Assembly (NCBI GenBank): GCA_949358305.1
Contig: OX442314.1
Coordinates: 10,354,001-10,418,000 of the forward strand
From: Strigamia acuminata
Taxonomy: Eukaryota
Reading direction: 5' to 3'
DNA: 64,000 nt
A model generated the notes under the pieces. It made no database searches. It saw nothing but the letters and a program-made list of their open reading frames with translations, and was not told the origin of the DNA. Shown piece by piece: positions 37,371 to 50,200 of this stretch; within the stretch, counting starts at the first letter, position 1; each line of letters begins with the position of its first letter. Both the position numbers and the translations under genes were made by a program.

Positions 37371-39229
37371 ATGAACGATCTGATGAACGCTCCTCGACGT
37401 CGTAGGATCGGCTCTGAGACGCAAGTGTGGGAGTCAACTGCAATTTCGTACCCCGTACCGCCCCAGAGTGAATCATCGACCAACAACTCAAAAAATCCGT
37501 TAAATTTGTCATCGTTCGAACAGAATTCTGAAATGACATGTCGAGATCGCACCAATGAGTTTATTGGTGCTGTCAAATCGTTGCAAGGACGTCAAGGGAA
37601 CGGTTTAGTGCCCAACCAACAGTCGCGGAAGATCAGGGGCTTGCAGCAATGGAGCGAGTTCATGAGAGTTGCGAAGTAATTTTCTATTTTTTTGAGTATA
37701 TTTTAGCATTTTTTGATTAATTTTGTGTTTGTTTTAGGTTGATAGGGAAGGATTTAAGTAGTACATACACGAAGCTTGAAAAACTTGCTATTTGTGAGGG
37801 AATGTTTGGTTTTTTGGAGAGTTTTTGATTGATTTTTGTGTGTTTTAGTGGCTAGGAAGAAAAGTTTGTTCGATGATAAGCCGTTGGAGATTCAGGAATT
37901 GACGTACATAATTAAACAAGATATCAATAGTTTGAATAAACAAATTTCCCAGTTGCAGGAAGTAAATTGAGTTGTTTTTAAATGAAATTGGAGTTTGAAG
38001 TGGTTTTTTTTTTAATGTTTTTGTATTAGTTAGTTAGATCAAGACACCAACATAATGGAAAACACATGCAGTCACATTCCAATTCGGTGGTGGTTTCGCT
38101 TCAATCGAAGTTAGCTTTAATGTCCAATGAATTTAAACAAGTATTAGAAGTTAGAACCGAGGTAATTATAAGAGTAAATGCTAAATTTTGTTTCAAAATT
38201 GACTTTCTTTGATTTTCATGATTTTCTTGATTTTATTTTTCTGATTTATTTCTGATTTTTCTGATTTATTTCTGATTTTTCTGATTTATTTATGATTTTT
38301 CTGATTTATTTATGATTTTTCTGTTTTATTTATGATTTTTCTGTTTTATTTATGATTTTTCTGATTTATTTATGATTTTTCTGATTTATTTATGATTTCT
38401 CTGATTTATTTATGATTTTTCTGATTATTTTGTATTTTTCTGATTTATTTATAAAATTATAATTTTCCTGATTTATATCTGATTTTTTGTATTTATTTTG
38501 ATTTTCTTGATATTTTCTTGATTTTCTTGATATTTTCTTGATATTTTCTTGATTTTCTTGATATTTTCTTGATTTTCTTGATATTTTCTTGATTTTCTTG
38601 ATATTTTTTGATTTTCTTGATATTTTTTTGATTTTCTTGATATTTTTTGATGTTATTTTATTAGAATTTGAGACACCAGCGCAGTAGAAGAGAACATTTC
38701 ACTCACGGCCACGTTGCGTCAACATTACCAGCGTCAGCTTCGAGCGGGTACCACCAAGGATCAGTATTATTAGCGGACGAAAGATCGCGAGATGTGACTG
38801 ACGTTGCCATCAACATGGACCAAATTGCGCGCCCGAATCAATTTCAAGACATGTTAATGATTGAAGAACAAGATTCGTACCTTCAAAGCCGTGCCGACAC
38901 GATGCAAAACATCGAGACGACCATCGTCGAATTGGGCGGCATTTTTCAACAGTTGGCGCACATGGTCAAGGAACAGGAAGAAATGATTCAGCGGTAACAA
39001 ATATATAAAAACAAAAATTAATATATATTTGTAAATTGTTTATTAATTTAATTTTCCTATTTTCTTTAGAATCGATTCGAATGTCGAAGATGTTCAAATG
39101 AACGTCGAAGGCGCTCACGGGGAAATTTTAAAATATTTTCAATCGGTCACTTCGAATCGTTGGCTCATGATCAAAATTTTCGGAGTGCTCATATTGTTTT
39201 TTATATTATTCGTTGTATTTATGGCTTAA
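37371..39229 (+). CDS. STX5: Syntaxin-5 (Golgi Qa-SNARE), multi-exon
   Basis: MTCRDRTNEF (Sly1-binding peptide), SLFDDKPLEIQELTYIIKQDI, SNARE domain SRADTMQNIETTIVELGGIFQQLAHMVKEQEE, and C-terminal TM SNRWLMIKIFGVLILFFILFVVFMA with stop at 39229. Confidence 0.96.
38215..38650. repeat. Intronic minisatellites (20-bp TTTCTGATTTATTTATGATT; 10/11-bp TTTTCTTGAT)
   Basis: Tandem copies in an STX5 intron. Confidence 0.9.
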
Positions 39230-39582
39230 TTGTTTTTAATTAGGGAAGATTTCGAGCTGTGATAAGAGGCAAACCGCACAACTGTTAGTATCTAACAGTT
39301 TACTAATCGATTAATTTATTAGAAAAATATAGGAATAATTTCACTCGTTATTAATTTTCTTTTCGTTTTATTTCGGGGGGGGAAAAGGGTTTGATTTATG
39401 TAAAATTGCATTATAAATTGCTTATTGATTCCCTGTATTTGTACAATTTATTAAATTCTTTCCGTGCTTTATTCAATTTTTTCCACACATTTTTCCACCT
39501 CTCAAAATGGCGCGTATATGAACAGGATGACGTAATAAATACCCAGAATTCCCTCGCGACAAAAAACAAATGACGCAAACTA

Positions 39583-42500
39583 ATGGCTACTTCCAGCAGC
39601 GATGATAGTTGTTCAGCTCCTACAGATTTCAATGTATTTTCATCATTAGAGGAACTGAACTCACGCAGTAGTATTATTTCGGAAAAATGTCCATTATGTA
39701 TTCAATCTAGACGGAACTTCTACTGCGACGATTGCATTCGTCAAGGAGATTTCATCCACTCCAGCAGTCGATACCCAGAAAGGTGACGCGAAAATGACAG
39801 ATCAGCTGATGCGATAATTTGTGCACAATGTCGCGATTCCCAACACAATTTAATCATTTTAACCGATTTTGTAACATCTGCAATAATCCGGATGACGCAA
39901 GAGTTCGATTAAAATATTTTTAGACATTTTAAATGTAAAAAACAATACGAAAAACAACAACAACAACAACAAATCTCCATTGTTGTCTTTTGTTTCGTTT
40001 TGCAGTGTTTTTTATTTGTTTAATTTTCGGTTTGTTTTTCGTTTTAGATATCAAGAGAAGAAGCTGCGATTATTTAAAATCAAAAAGGAGAGATTAAAAT
40101 ATTTGGACAGGTGAAAATTAAATTTAAGAAATGATTTTTTTTTGCGTTTTTGTTTATTTGTTTGTTTTTATCGATTTAAATTGGACAGAATCAATGAAAT
40201 TTATGGTCGGAAAATCCACCCGTCTAAAATAGTAGGTTTTATTGAATTAGTGCGATTGATTTGCATTTGTTTTGATTTATTAATTAATTTTTTAGAGGAA
40301 TGATATCAACCGTATAAGGGAAAAACTCACTTTCTTACGTTTAGCCGTCGACGAGCGTAAAGATTCGGTAAAACACAGTAAGTATTTGCAATTTTTGCAC
40401 GTCTTTACGTAACTCTAAGGGTAATGCGTTACATAATAGAGAGTTTGCGGGATGCATTTTTCCCTTATTTTGCTCTAACGATACACTATTTTAGTGCCAT
40501 ATCGTAAGGGAAAAATCTTTAGTGTATCGTTTTCAACACTAAATTAAATTATAGCGCAGTTTACTATGTGAGAATTGTTCTATCAGTAGTTGGCTAAAAT
40601 AGTGTAGCGATAAGGGAAAAGTGCAGCCCGCAAAAACTTATTTTATCATTTTTCCCTTACACTATTTTTATACCGTATAGTCTTTAACTGTAAGGGAAAA
40701 TGCAACTCTCTATTCATGACAAAATAACGTTACGGTAATTAGTTACTTTTTTGGCTAAATAACTGTAACGGTAACGGTTGTAACCCTAAAATTCAACGCG
40801 CTAAACTTATTTTTGTGTTTTTAATAGCGAAAGACGAAATTACGAGTTTGCAAGAACAAATCTGCAGTTTCAAGTCCAGAACTCCACTTTTAACGGGGAA
40901 ATCGAAAAATATGATTTCCCAGATGAACAAAGTGCTGGATAAGACGCGAACTGCGAATAAGAGCTTGCAAGAGGTCCAAGAGACGGTCGGGTGGGTCGTT
41001 AAGGAGCACGTGGAAGCTCTGGTTAAATATATATTTCCAATATCAGAGATACGACCTAATAAAAGGTGAGATGTTTTTTATTTTTTGAATGATTGGTGGG
41101 ATTTTAATGTTTTGTTTTGTTTTAGTGAGCCCGACAGTGGAGCTGAAGATACTGTAACGGCTCTAGCCGAAGCCTCTCGTACTACTTACGTGCATGGACG
41201 ATGGGTGTACGCGGATAACGTGTGCGATGTGCAATATCAAATAGTGGAATCGTTTCTTCCAGCTAGTGGAGATTATTCCGATTATTCTATTTGGGGTATT
41301 GACATTTTTTTTTACAAAAATTAAAATTTCGTCGGAAAATTTTTATGCAGAAAGATGCAATTTTGGACTGAAAGATGCAGTTTTGGACCGAAAGATGCAG
41401 TTTTGGACCGAAAGATGCAGTTTTGGTCTGAAAAATGCAATTTTGGACCGAAAAATGCAGTTTTGGACTGACAAAACAATTTTTTGGACAATTTTTTAGT
41501 CTGAAAAAAGTGAAAAATGCAATTTTAGACCAAAAATCATACAATTTTAGACTGAAAAATGTTTTTTAGACCAAAAAATGCACGGAAAAATGCCATTTTT
41601 AACTGAAAAAGTGGTTTTCTGCAGAAAAAGGCAATTGCATTTTTAATTGCACTGCATTTTTATATTTTAAAAAGTTTTATTTACCGGTGTTTATATATTT
41701 TAAAATTAGTTTCTACTACTAAAGACGCTGTACCTGCGGTAGAACTGGCCCATAAGAACCCAGCGTACGCCATAACTGCTGGTTTGACTTACACCACACA
41801 ACTGATTTGTGTTTTGTCGTTTTTCATGGACTTAGTTTTGCCTCACGAATTAAACTACAGGTAAATAGGAACGGAAATTAGATAATGATTTTTTTTTTAA
41901 TGTTTTCATATTTTGCTGCGAAATTTCAGTGATTTCTGTGGTCACGAATTAAATAGAGACCGATTCGCGCAGAAGGTGGCGAAAATGAATGCGAACGTGT
42001 TGCATTTGTGTTTTCATCATGGGGTGAATCCGGATAAGTTACATCCGAGGCAAACGATCCGGAATCTGTTGCATTTGTTGAATTCAGAAAATTATAATCC
42101 ACAGAGGTAGATTTATGAGTGGTTTGATTTGATTTGATTTGATTTGATTTGATCGGTTTTTTTGTTGGTGGTTTTAGGCCCGGACTTTACAGGATAGAAA
42201 TAAATCAATTAAATTCCATGGAAGAATCGCTGAGATCTGATCTGAACTTGTCGGCGTCGAGTGAAGACGAGGACGAAGAAAACGATTTCATCGGCGAATG
42301 GGAAAAAGTATTTGAAAACACACACGATCGATGTTCAGAGAATGCAATTTTAGACGGGAAAAAATGCAATTTTAGACAGAAAAATGCAAGTTTAGACTAA
42401 AAAGAAAATGCAATTTCAGACCGAAAAAACTGCAAATTTAGACCAAAAACATGCAATTTTAGACCGAAAAAAATGCAATTTTAGACCAAAAACATGCAAA

Positions 42501-43224
42501 AATGAAATTTTTGATCGAAAAAGGCAATTCAGGACTGGAAAAATGCTATTTTAGACAGAAAAATGCAATTTCAGGCTAGAAAAATGTAATTTCAGACTAG
42601 AAAGATGTAATTTCAGGCTAGTAAAATGCAATTTCAGGCTAGTAAAATGCAATTTCAGGCTAGAAAAATGTAATTTCAGGCTAGAAAAATGTAATTTCAG
42701 GCTAGAAAAATGTAATTTCAGGCTAGAAAAATGTAATTTCAGGCTAGAAAAATGTAATTTCAGGCTAGAAAAATGTAATTTCAGGCTAGAAAAATGTAAT
42801 TTCAGGCTAGAAAAATGTAATTTCAGGCTAGAAAAATGTAATTTCAGGCTAGAAAAATGTAATTTCAGGCTAGAAAAATGTAATTTCAGGCTAGAAAAAT
42901 GTAATTTCATGCTAGAAAAATTCAATTTCAGGCTAGAAAAATGCAATTTTATGAAAAAAGAGTTTATAGAGAAAAAAATTCATTTTTAAATCGAATACGC
43001 TCAGTAACGATCCCTGTCGTGTTTTGCAGGTACACAGCGTATCTTGCGAAGAGACGCAGATTCCTTCGAGAGGACTAAGTGCAACCACGGCAGTACAATA
43101 CAACACGCTTTTCCGACAAAACACACATCCACTGCTTCCACACGCAGCAGCGAGTGCCACTGGAGGGCTGGTCTCCTCAGCTATGGGTGCGGTGACGTCG
43201 TGGTGGAAAGGTCTTGGGAAATAA
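39583..43224 (+). CDS. ATG14: Beclin 1-associated autophagy regulator ATG14, multi-exon
   Basis: N-terminal CPLC..FYCDDC cysteine repeats, coiled coil, NPAYAITAGLTYTTQL, LHPRQTIRNL, and C-terminal BATS-like GGLVSSAMGAVTSWWKG. Confidence 0.93.
40435..40714. mobile_element. Intronic MITE
   Basis: Termini AATAGAGAGTT..TGCATTTTTCCCTTA and TAAGGGAAAATGCAACTCTCTATT. CAT flanks both sides (possible 3-bp TSD). It sits within a GTAACG-rich remnant at ~40417-40787. Confidence 0.65.
41350..41600. repeat. Intronic minisatellite, 20-bp unit GAAAGATGCAGTTTTGGACC
   Basis: Tandem copies in an ATG14 intron. Confidence 0.88.
42340..42950. repeat. Intronic minisatellite, 21-bp unit GGCTAGAAAAATGTAATTTCA
   Basis: Tandem copies in an ATG14 intron. 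Confidence 0.95.
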
Positions 43225-44224
43225 CATCATTTCTCCATCTCTTAGTGCCAGTATTTTTCTTCAACTAAATCGATTAAAATAATTAATATCACACCATCAG
43301 ATTTTTTAAACAACTTTTTGCACACGGTCCGCGAGTGGAGTGGTTTCCGTTTTTAAACGTATCTACAGGTCTAGATACTGTAACATTTCTAAAAGGCTCA
43401 AATTTTAGGAATGATTTTTGTAATGTTTTTGTATAGAAGAAAAATATAAATCAATCCCGTTTGAATGTGCATCAACTGTATCATAGTTACAAATATTTTG
43501 CTTAGTATATATAAATATAAATAGTGTACAATAAATAAATTTGAAAAAATAAAAAATAACAACTCTTGACCAATTTTTCAACTTTGTCTTATTATAATCG
43601 AGAAAACTTTCTTACAATTGATTTCTGTAAAGATTAAAGTGAATAAATCATAACACCAGATGAATATTCAATGTACCTAATTTACATACAATTTGTGGTA
43701 TGTTTTCATTCCATTTTTTCAGAGCATGATTATAATAATATTAAAGTAAACCCTAAACTAAAATTGTTGACAGTAAAACGAAAGCCCACATTGAAATAAA
43801 TTTGTTTTTTAAGTAAATTTCATATCACAATAATAATAGTAATTAATAATAATAAATGAAATAAATGCTCCACCAACTCAAAGATTTTACATTTTACAAA
43901 GTTACAAAAATATTCATTACCTGCAAATACAATTGAGCAATTTTTATTTTTTTTATCTTTAAATATCCCATTAAATTAAATTAGAAAAAAAAATAATAAA
44001 ATAATTAAATTAATCGATGAATTTTTAACCAGAAAAATTGAATATTCACAGTATAATAACGTGCGTTATTTTTTTGCGTTTATATAGAATTTATATATTT
44101 TTTACAGCTTGATGTTTGTTTGTTTTCCTCGTTTTCGCATTCAATTTGAAGCGCAACTCCAAACAAATTGCTTTCGGAATGAAATGTTTCTCAACACATG
44201 ATGAATATGTCGCTTATTCTGTAT

Positions 44225-47200
44225 TCAAACTAATTGGATTTGCGATTTGGACCGATTAAGTGGCGAGTTGGGCGAACTGGGACAACTATTGTGCTCCAAC
44301 AGACCGCCCAGTCCCGCATAGCCCAGCGCCACCGAGTACTCTTCGACGTACTTCAAAAGTTCGTGAGCGGCGATTGATTCGTTGCTGCCCAATGGATTGT
44401 ACATGATGCAATTTTGAAACAACAGTAAAACGTCCATGAGAAAATGCTTTGTGCTTCGGTATTCCATGTTATTCAACTTAAAGCGCATCGTTGCCAGGTC
44501 GATCGGCCTTTTTATCACTTCGTAATAAACCGGAAACTAAAATAAACCCAATTAATCAATTTAAATCGAACGAAAAAACACAAATTTACTTGTTTTTTCC
44601 CGACCGGTCGCATGAACGGCCAGCTCTCCTCCTGCCGCGATAAATTGTTTAACATTTGATCACAAAATTTATAATCGACCGGAGCGTCCTTCGACGCCCC
44701 CCGACGGACCGGCGGACCGTGTTTTTTCCGCCCACTCATCCAAATTTCTAAAAATTTAAAAAATTTAAAAACAATTCAAGTAAAGAACAATTCCAATTAT
44801 TTACCATCGTCTTCTATGAGTGGTCGGTCTCTACTTCGCGTTCTTTTGGCGGGGGAACTGTCGGAGGTGCGCGACGCTTTTCGTTTCCTGGGGTTTCTTA
44901 GTCGATCTTTCATATTGTGGCCGTTGGAACAAGCGGAGCAATCCCATCGGCCTTTGGGCACCTTGCGCAGCGGCGGATCGACGCACTCCAGATGGAAAGC
45001 TAACGGACAACTGTCGCAGCAAATTAAGTGACCGCCACGACCGCACGAATCGCACACATCCTCGTTATTTCCTTCTGATTCGTCGTCCCTACAAGATAAA
45101 ATTAAAATTAAAATTAAATTAAAATTAATTTAAACATGAAAACTTGCCCGTCGAAATTGTCGTCGTCGTGCAGCGAGAAATTCGAATCGCCGTCCAAATC
45201 CGACGTGTTTTCCTGCACGTAATCGACGCTTTCTTCCTCTTCCTCGTTTTCCACGACTTCGCTTTCGTCAGAGATCGAGAGTTTGCGCGCGAGTTTGCGC
45301 GGTTTGACGGTCTCCCTGGGCCGGCATTCCAGACAGAACCAATCGCCGTCAGGAATTTCCTTCATTAAATGAAAAATTAAATTGATTAAAATTAATTTGA
45401 ATGATTTTTCTTTTTCCGACTAACAGTGAGTGGTGGCTTGAGGCAATACATGTGATGACCGCGGTTGCACTCATCGCATAAGAGCATGCGTTCTGCATCT
45501 CCTCTCCTGTGGCAAATGCGGCACCGGGCGTTTAATGCGGAGAGCGACCACGCCACACTGCGTTCCAACGTGCTCAGATGTATGAAAACTTGCGACAAGC
45601 TCGTGCACTGCATCACTGATTCCTCCCACCGTTCGTAAACGGTCGCGACGCTCTTCGTTTTGCTTTCCTTCTCGTTTTCTTTTTCTAAAAACAGAAAAAA
45701 ACTCAATAAACTTTATTTTTATTTTAAATTTTAATCAAACCTACCAATTTCTTCATCTTTAATGACATCTTTCTCCTTCTTTCCTTTCTTGGTGTCAATT
45801 TTCAGTTTCTTTTTCGTGCCCTCGACGTCGTCCCCTGCATTGCGCAAACAAATTAATTTCTCCACCAAATTCCGTAATTAAATCGATTAAATTTACCTAA
45901 CGGAGGTCGAAAATATTTATTCTCGACACCCTGCGCGATTTGTAAGAGCGCGCTGGCCAAATCCCTTACAGTTTGATTCACATTTAATGGCGCACCACTT
46001 TCCTGTTCTAACGGCATCTCTGGCTCCGTTGTGTCCATCGGAGTTCCCCTAACATTTACAATAAGTAAATATAAAAATTAAAACTCAAAATCAAATAAAA
46101 ATTAAAAGAAATACCTCCCGCTGTCCGAATCTTGGTCAACATGATTGTTTTCATGCTTTTGTTGGCCCCATTTCAAACCATCGCACAGCATGTCGTACGA
46201 CCGCCCTAAAATCGCCTTCCTCCACGCATCCCTATCATGCACCTTCAAGAAAAAAAAGGTAAACAATCAAACTACAATTAGCATTTTTCAATGTAAAATT
46301 GCATTTTCCTCATTTTTTGCCTAAAAAGGAGGAATTGGGCATAAAAATGAATTTCCACGGTCTAAAATTGCACTTTTCTGCATAAAAATGAATTTCCACG
46401 GTCTAAAATTGCACTTTTCTGCATAAAAATGAATTTCCACAGTCTAAACTTGCACTTTTCTGCATAAAAATGAATTTCCACGGTCTAAAATTGCACTTTT
46501 CTGCATAAAAATGAATTTCCACGGTCTAAAATTGCACTTTTCTGCATAAAAATAAATTTCCACGGTCTAAAATTGCACTTTTCTGCATAAAAATGAATTT
46601 CCACGGTCTAAAATTGCACTTTTCTGCATAAAAATGAATTTCCACGGTCTAAAATTGCACTTTTCTGCATAAAAATGGATATCTACGGTCTAAAATGTAA
46701 TGTTTCTGCCTAAAAGTGATTTCAGTGCTTAGAATAGCATTTCTCTGCCTCAAAATAAATTTATACGATATATAATTGTAATTTTCTGTCTAAAAATGCA
46801 TTTCCACAGTCTAAAAATGCATTTCCACAGTCTAAAAATGCATTTCCACAGTCTAAAAATGCATTTCCACAGTCTAAAAATGCATTTCCACAGTCTAAAA
46901 ATGCATTTCCACAGTCTAAAAATGCATTTCCACAGTCTAAAAATGCATTTCCACAGTCTAAAAATGCATTTCCACAGTCTAAAAATGCATTTCCACAGTC
47001 TAAAAATGCATTTCCACAGTCTAAAAATGCATTTCCACAGTCTAAAAATGCATTTCCACAGTCTAAAAATGCATTTCCACAGTCTAAAAATGCATTTCCA
47101 GTCTAAAAATGCGTTTCTACAGTCTAAACAAAACAAAAAAAACACCACATAAAACAAACTCTTACTTTTATCGACCCCAAACTTCCGGCGAATATTCTCT

Positions 47201-50200
47201 CTTCAATATCAAGCAGCATTTCACGCAACGACGACTCCATTCCCCCTTCCACCTTCGCCGCGACCCCGTTCACTTCCTTCACTTCCTTCACCTCCTCCCC
47301 ACCGGAACCATTGGCGACATCAGGCACAACACGATCATCCTCCTCATCATCATCCTGCACGCAGCAGTTGACGACCTGCAAAGAACACTGCGAAATCGAG
47401 CGCGCAATCCTCGTCTTGTCCTGGTAAAGCGACTCCTTGAGCGCGCTCTCCCTGAACCCGCGCCGGTTCAAACTCGCCACCAGAGCGTCGAGTTGATCAA
47501 CCGAGCTCAGACACGACCAGCGCGTTCTGCGAGCTCTAAGTCCATCATTATGTACAGGGCAATTGTCAACATTGGCAGTGCACTTCCCCACAGTCCCGCA
47601 CTCGTCACCGACACAACTCGTAGTCAAATTCAAATCACTATCGACATTGTTTTCACTTTGTACACGAGGATTCGTCGCAGTTTCGTCGCCGTTCGTTTCT
47701 TCTTTGTGGACGATCGGGGTCGGCTCGAGTAGACATTTTCCCAGGTATCCGTCGTCGTCCTCCACGTAGAGACCCGAAACGGTGTCGAAAATCCAGAACC
47801 TCCGGTAGCATCGGTCGCGCCCGATCGGTTGGTTGCCGGTGCTCGATTGGTACTCGGAGATTATTTCTAGTAGTTCGCGTTTCTTGACGGTTTCGCGTTT
47901 CTGCTGCGCCGTTTCTTCAGCCGTCCGTTTCTTGTTTTTCGTTTCATGATTCACACTGAAGGAAAAATGTTTAGTTTTAGAATTTTATCATTAATTAATT
48001 ACTGTATTTCAAAAATTGTGCACCCGCGCACTATCGGCAGAATCACGTTATTAGCCAGAAATTTGTTTTTCATCCTAAAATTTTCGTCTAAAATTTCAAT
48101 TTTTCGTCTCAAAATTCAATTTTTCGTCTAAAAATTCAATTTTTCGTCTCAAAATTCAATTTTTCATCTAAAAATTCAATTTTTCATCCTAAAATTTTAA
48201 CTTTTCGTCCAAAAATTCGATTTTTCGTCCAGAAAAATCAATTTTTCGTTTAAAAATTCAATTTTTCGTTTAAAAATTCAATTTTTCGTTTAAAAATTCA
48301 ATTTTTCGTTTAAAAATTCAATTTTTCGTTTAAAAATTCAATTTTTCGTTTAAAAATTCAATTTTTTATCCAGTTGCTATTATAATACCCCGCGTTATAA
48401 TGGAGACCCACATACTAATGATAAATTTTACTTTTCCCCGCATTTAAACAGAGGCCAATGCACAAATTGAGGAAATACTGTAATTTCATGCAATTTTTTC
48501 AGGTTTTTACCCATTTATCTCTTCTCCGGTTTCACTTTTTTGCTGCAACCTGAGCGCCGTTTCCTCTCTCTCCTTGCGTTGTTCAGCCCACTGGATTTGC
48601 TTGAGTTCAATTCGTGCGTTTCGAACTTTCTCAAAGTTCTCCTCAATTTGGTATCGCAACGTCGAGAAGTTCAGAAGTTGATTGATAAGAACGTGCAACA
48701 CTTTTAGCCTCTCCCCTAAAAAAAAAAAATTAAAATTAAAAAAAAAATTTTAAAATAAATTTACAAAAAAATTAACCTGGATTGAAATCAAAAATAGATT
48801 TAGTGTCCAACGACTTGAGTAAACTCGGATCACAAAGACGTAATTGAAGGCCAGGATCGTCAAAAGGAGTGTAGGAGCTTTTAGTTTGAGGATTCAACTT
48901 CAGGTGTGCAAACTGGCTTCCAAACGATAAGAAATGGAGTCGGAGTACTTCGGATATGGTGAAACAGTCCAAAGCCAAGTGTTTAAGGCTTAAACCTTGA
49001 TGGCGTTGTGACCAGGCCGCTGCAACGGTTGCGGCTTGCACCGCTTGTAAGACCGTCGAATCGCATTCGTCGTCGCAGCCTTCGAAAACATCTAAAAAAT
49101 CAAACAAAAATCCATAAAAATTTCGAAAAACAATGAAAAAAGTTTGTAAAAATTGTAAAAATTTCAATAATCCAGTTATAAAACACTTTTAAACCATTTT
49201 ATTTCATATACCCGGTGACTGTAAAGGATGAGGCTCTAATTCGGGTTGTTCGTTATCTTGCAACGTAAAAATAGACTGAAGAAAGAATTGAATAAGATCT
49301 CCTAAAATCCCACGAACGTTTGTTTCCATCAATGCCTTTTCTAGATCACCTATATAAAAAAAATTCGAAATAAATTCAAAACCAATTCAAAAAAATACAA
49401 AAACTGATTTACCAAATTCAAACCCGTGAGGAAAAGCGTTCTCGAAATTCAAAAGTTCGCCAAATATGTGAAGAAATTCGAGCACCATAACGGCATCGCC
49501 GAACAACTCGTTTGGAAATTTACATTTCACCGGCACCAGTGTCGGCAATTCCTAAAATAAAACAAATTATTAAAATTACAATAAATAAATTACTTTAAAA
49601 TAAATAAATCTACTTTTAAATCATCACACTCTAAATCGTCTCGCGGTCTCGCCCATTCCCTCAAAACCTCCGCCCGTAACCGCCGTTCCTCGCGTTTTCG
49701 CTCCCGTTCCTGAATTGTCCACGAAAAAATCAATTTATTAATTTTTCACACTTTGGTAAACGCTTAAATGCCTTTTCTCGCTCTTCTTTTCGTCGCTGCT
49801 TCTCGTCCTCCCTTAATTTTTGCCTCATTTCCAGTTGTTTTCGCATTTCCTTTATGTCGTCGATAGTAATTTGTTTGCTTTTCGACTCTCGGCCTAGAAA
49901 ATAACAATGGTGATGTTAAAAATGTGAAAAAGCGATTAAAACGCGATTGTTTACTCTTTTTTGAGTCGGATTTGGTTTTTGAAGAATGAGATCCGTTCAA
50001 GGTGGGTTTTGATTTCGTATTTTTAACCGAGGTCGCTTTTTTGTTTGATGATCGTGGAAACTTCGGCAACGGACCGACAAAAATATCGGAAAAAGAAATG
50101 ACCGATATATTGCATTTCTTCTCGATGGTTTTCTGTAAATTTAATGTTAAAATAAATTTTTTCAATTAATAAATAAGGCTTCAAAACATCAATTGCGGAC

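Noticed and set aside
46340..47125. Regular repeats that could be mistaken for a CRISPR array
   Set aside because: Units are contiguous with no unique spacers, there are no cas genes, and the context is a eukaryotic intron.
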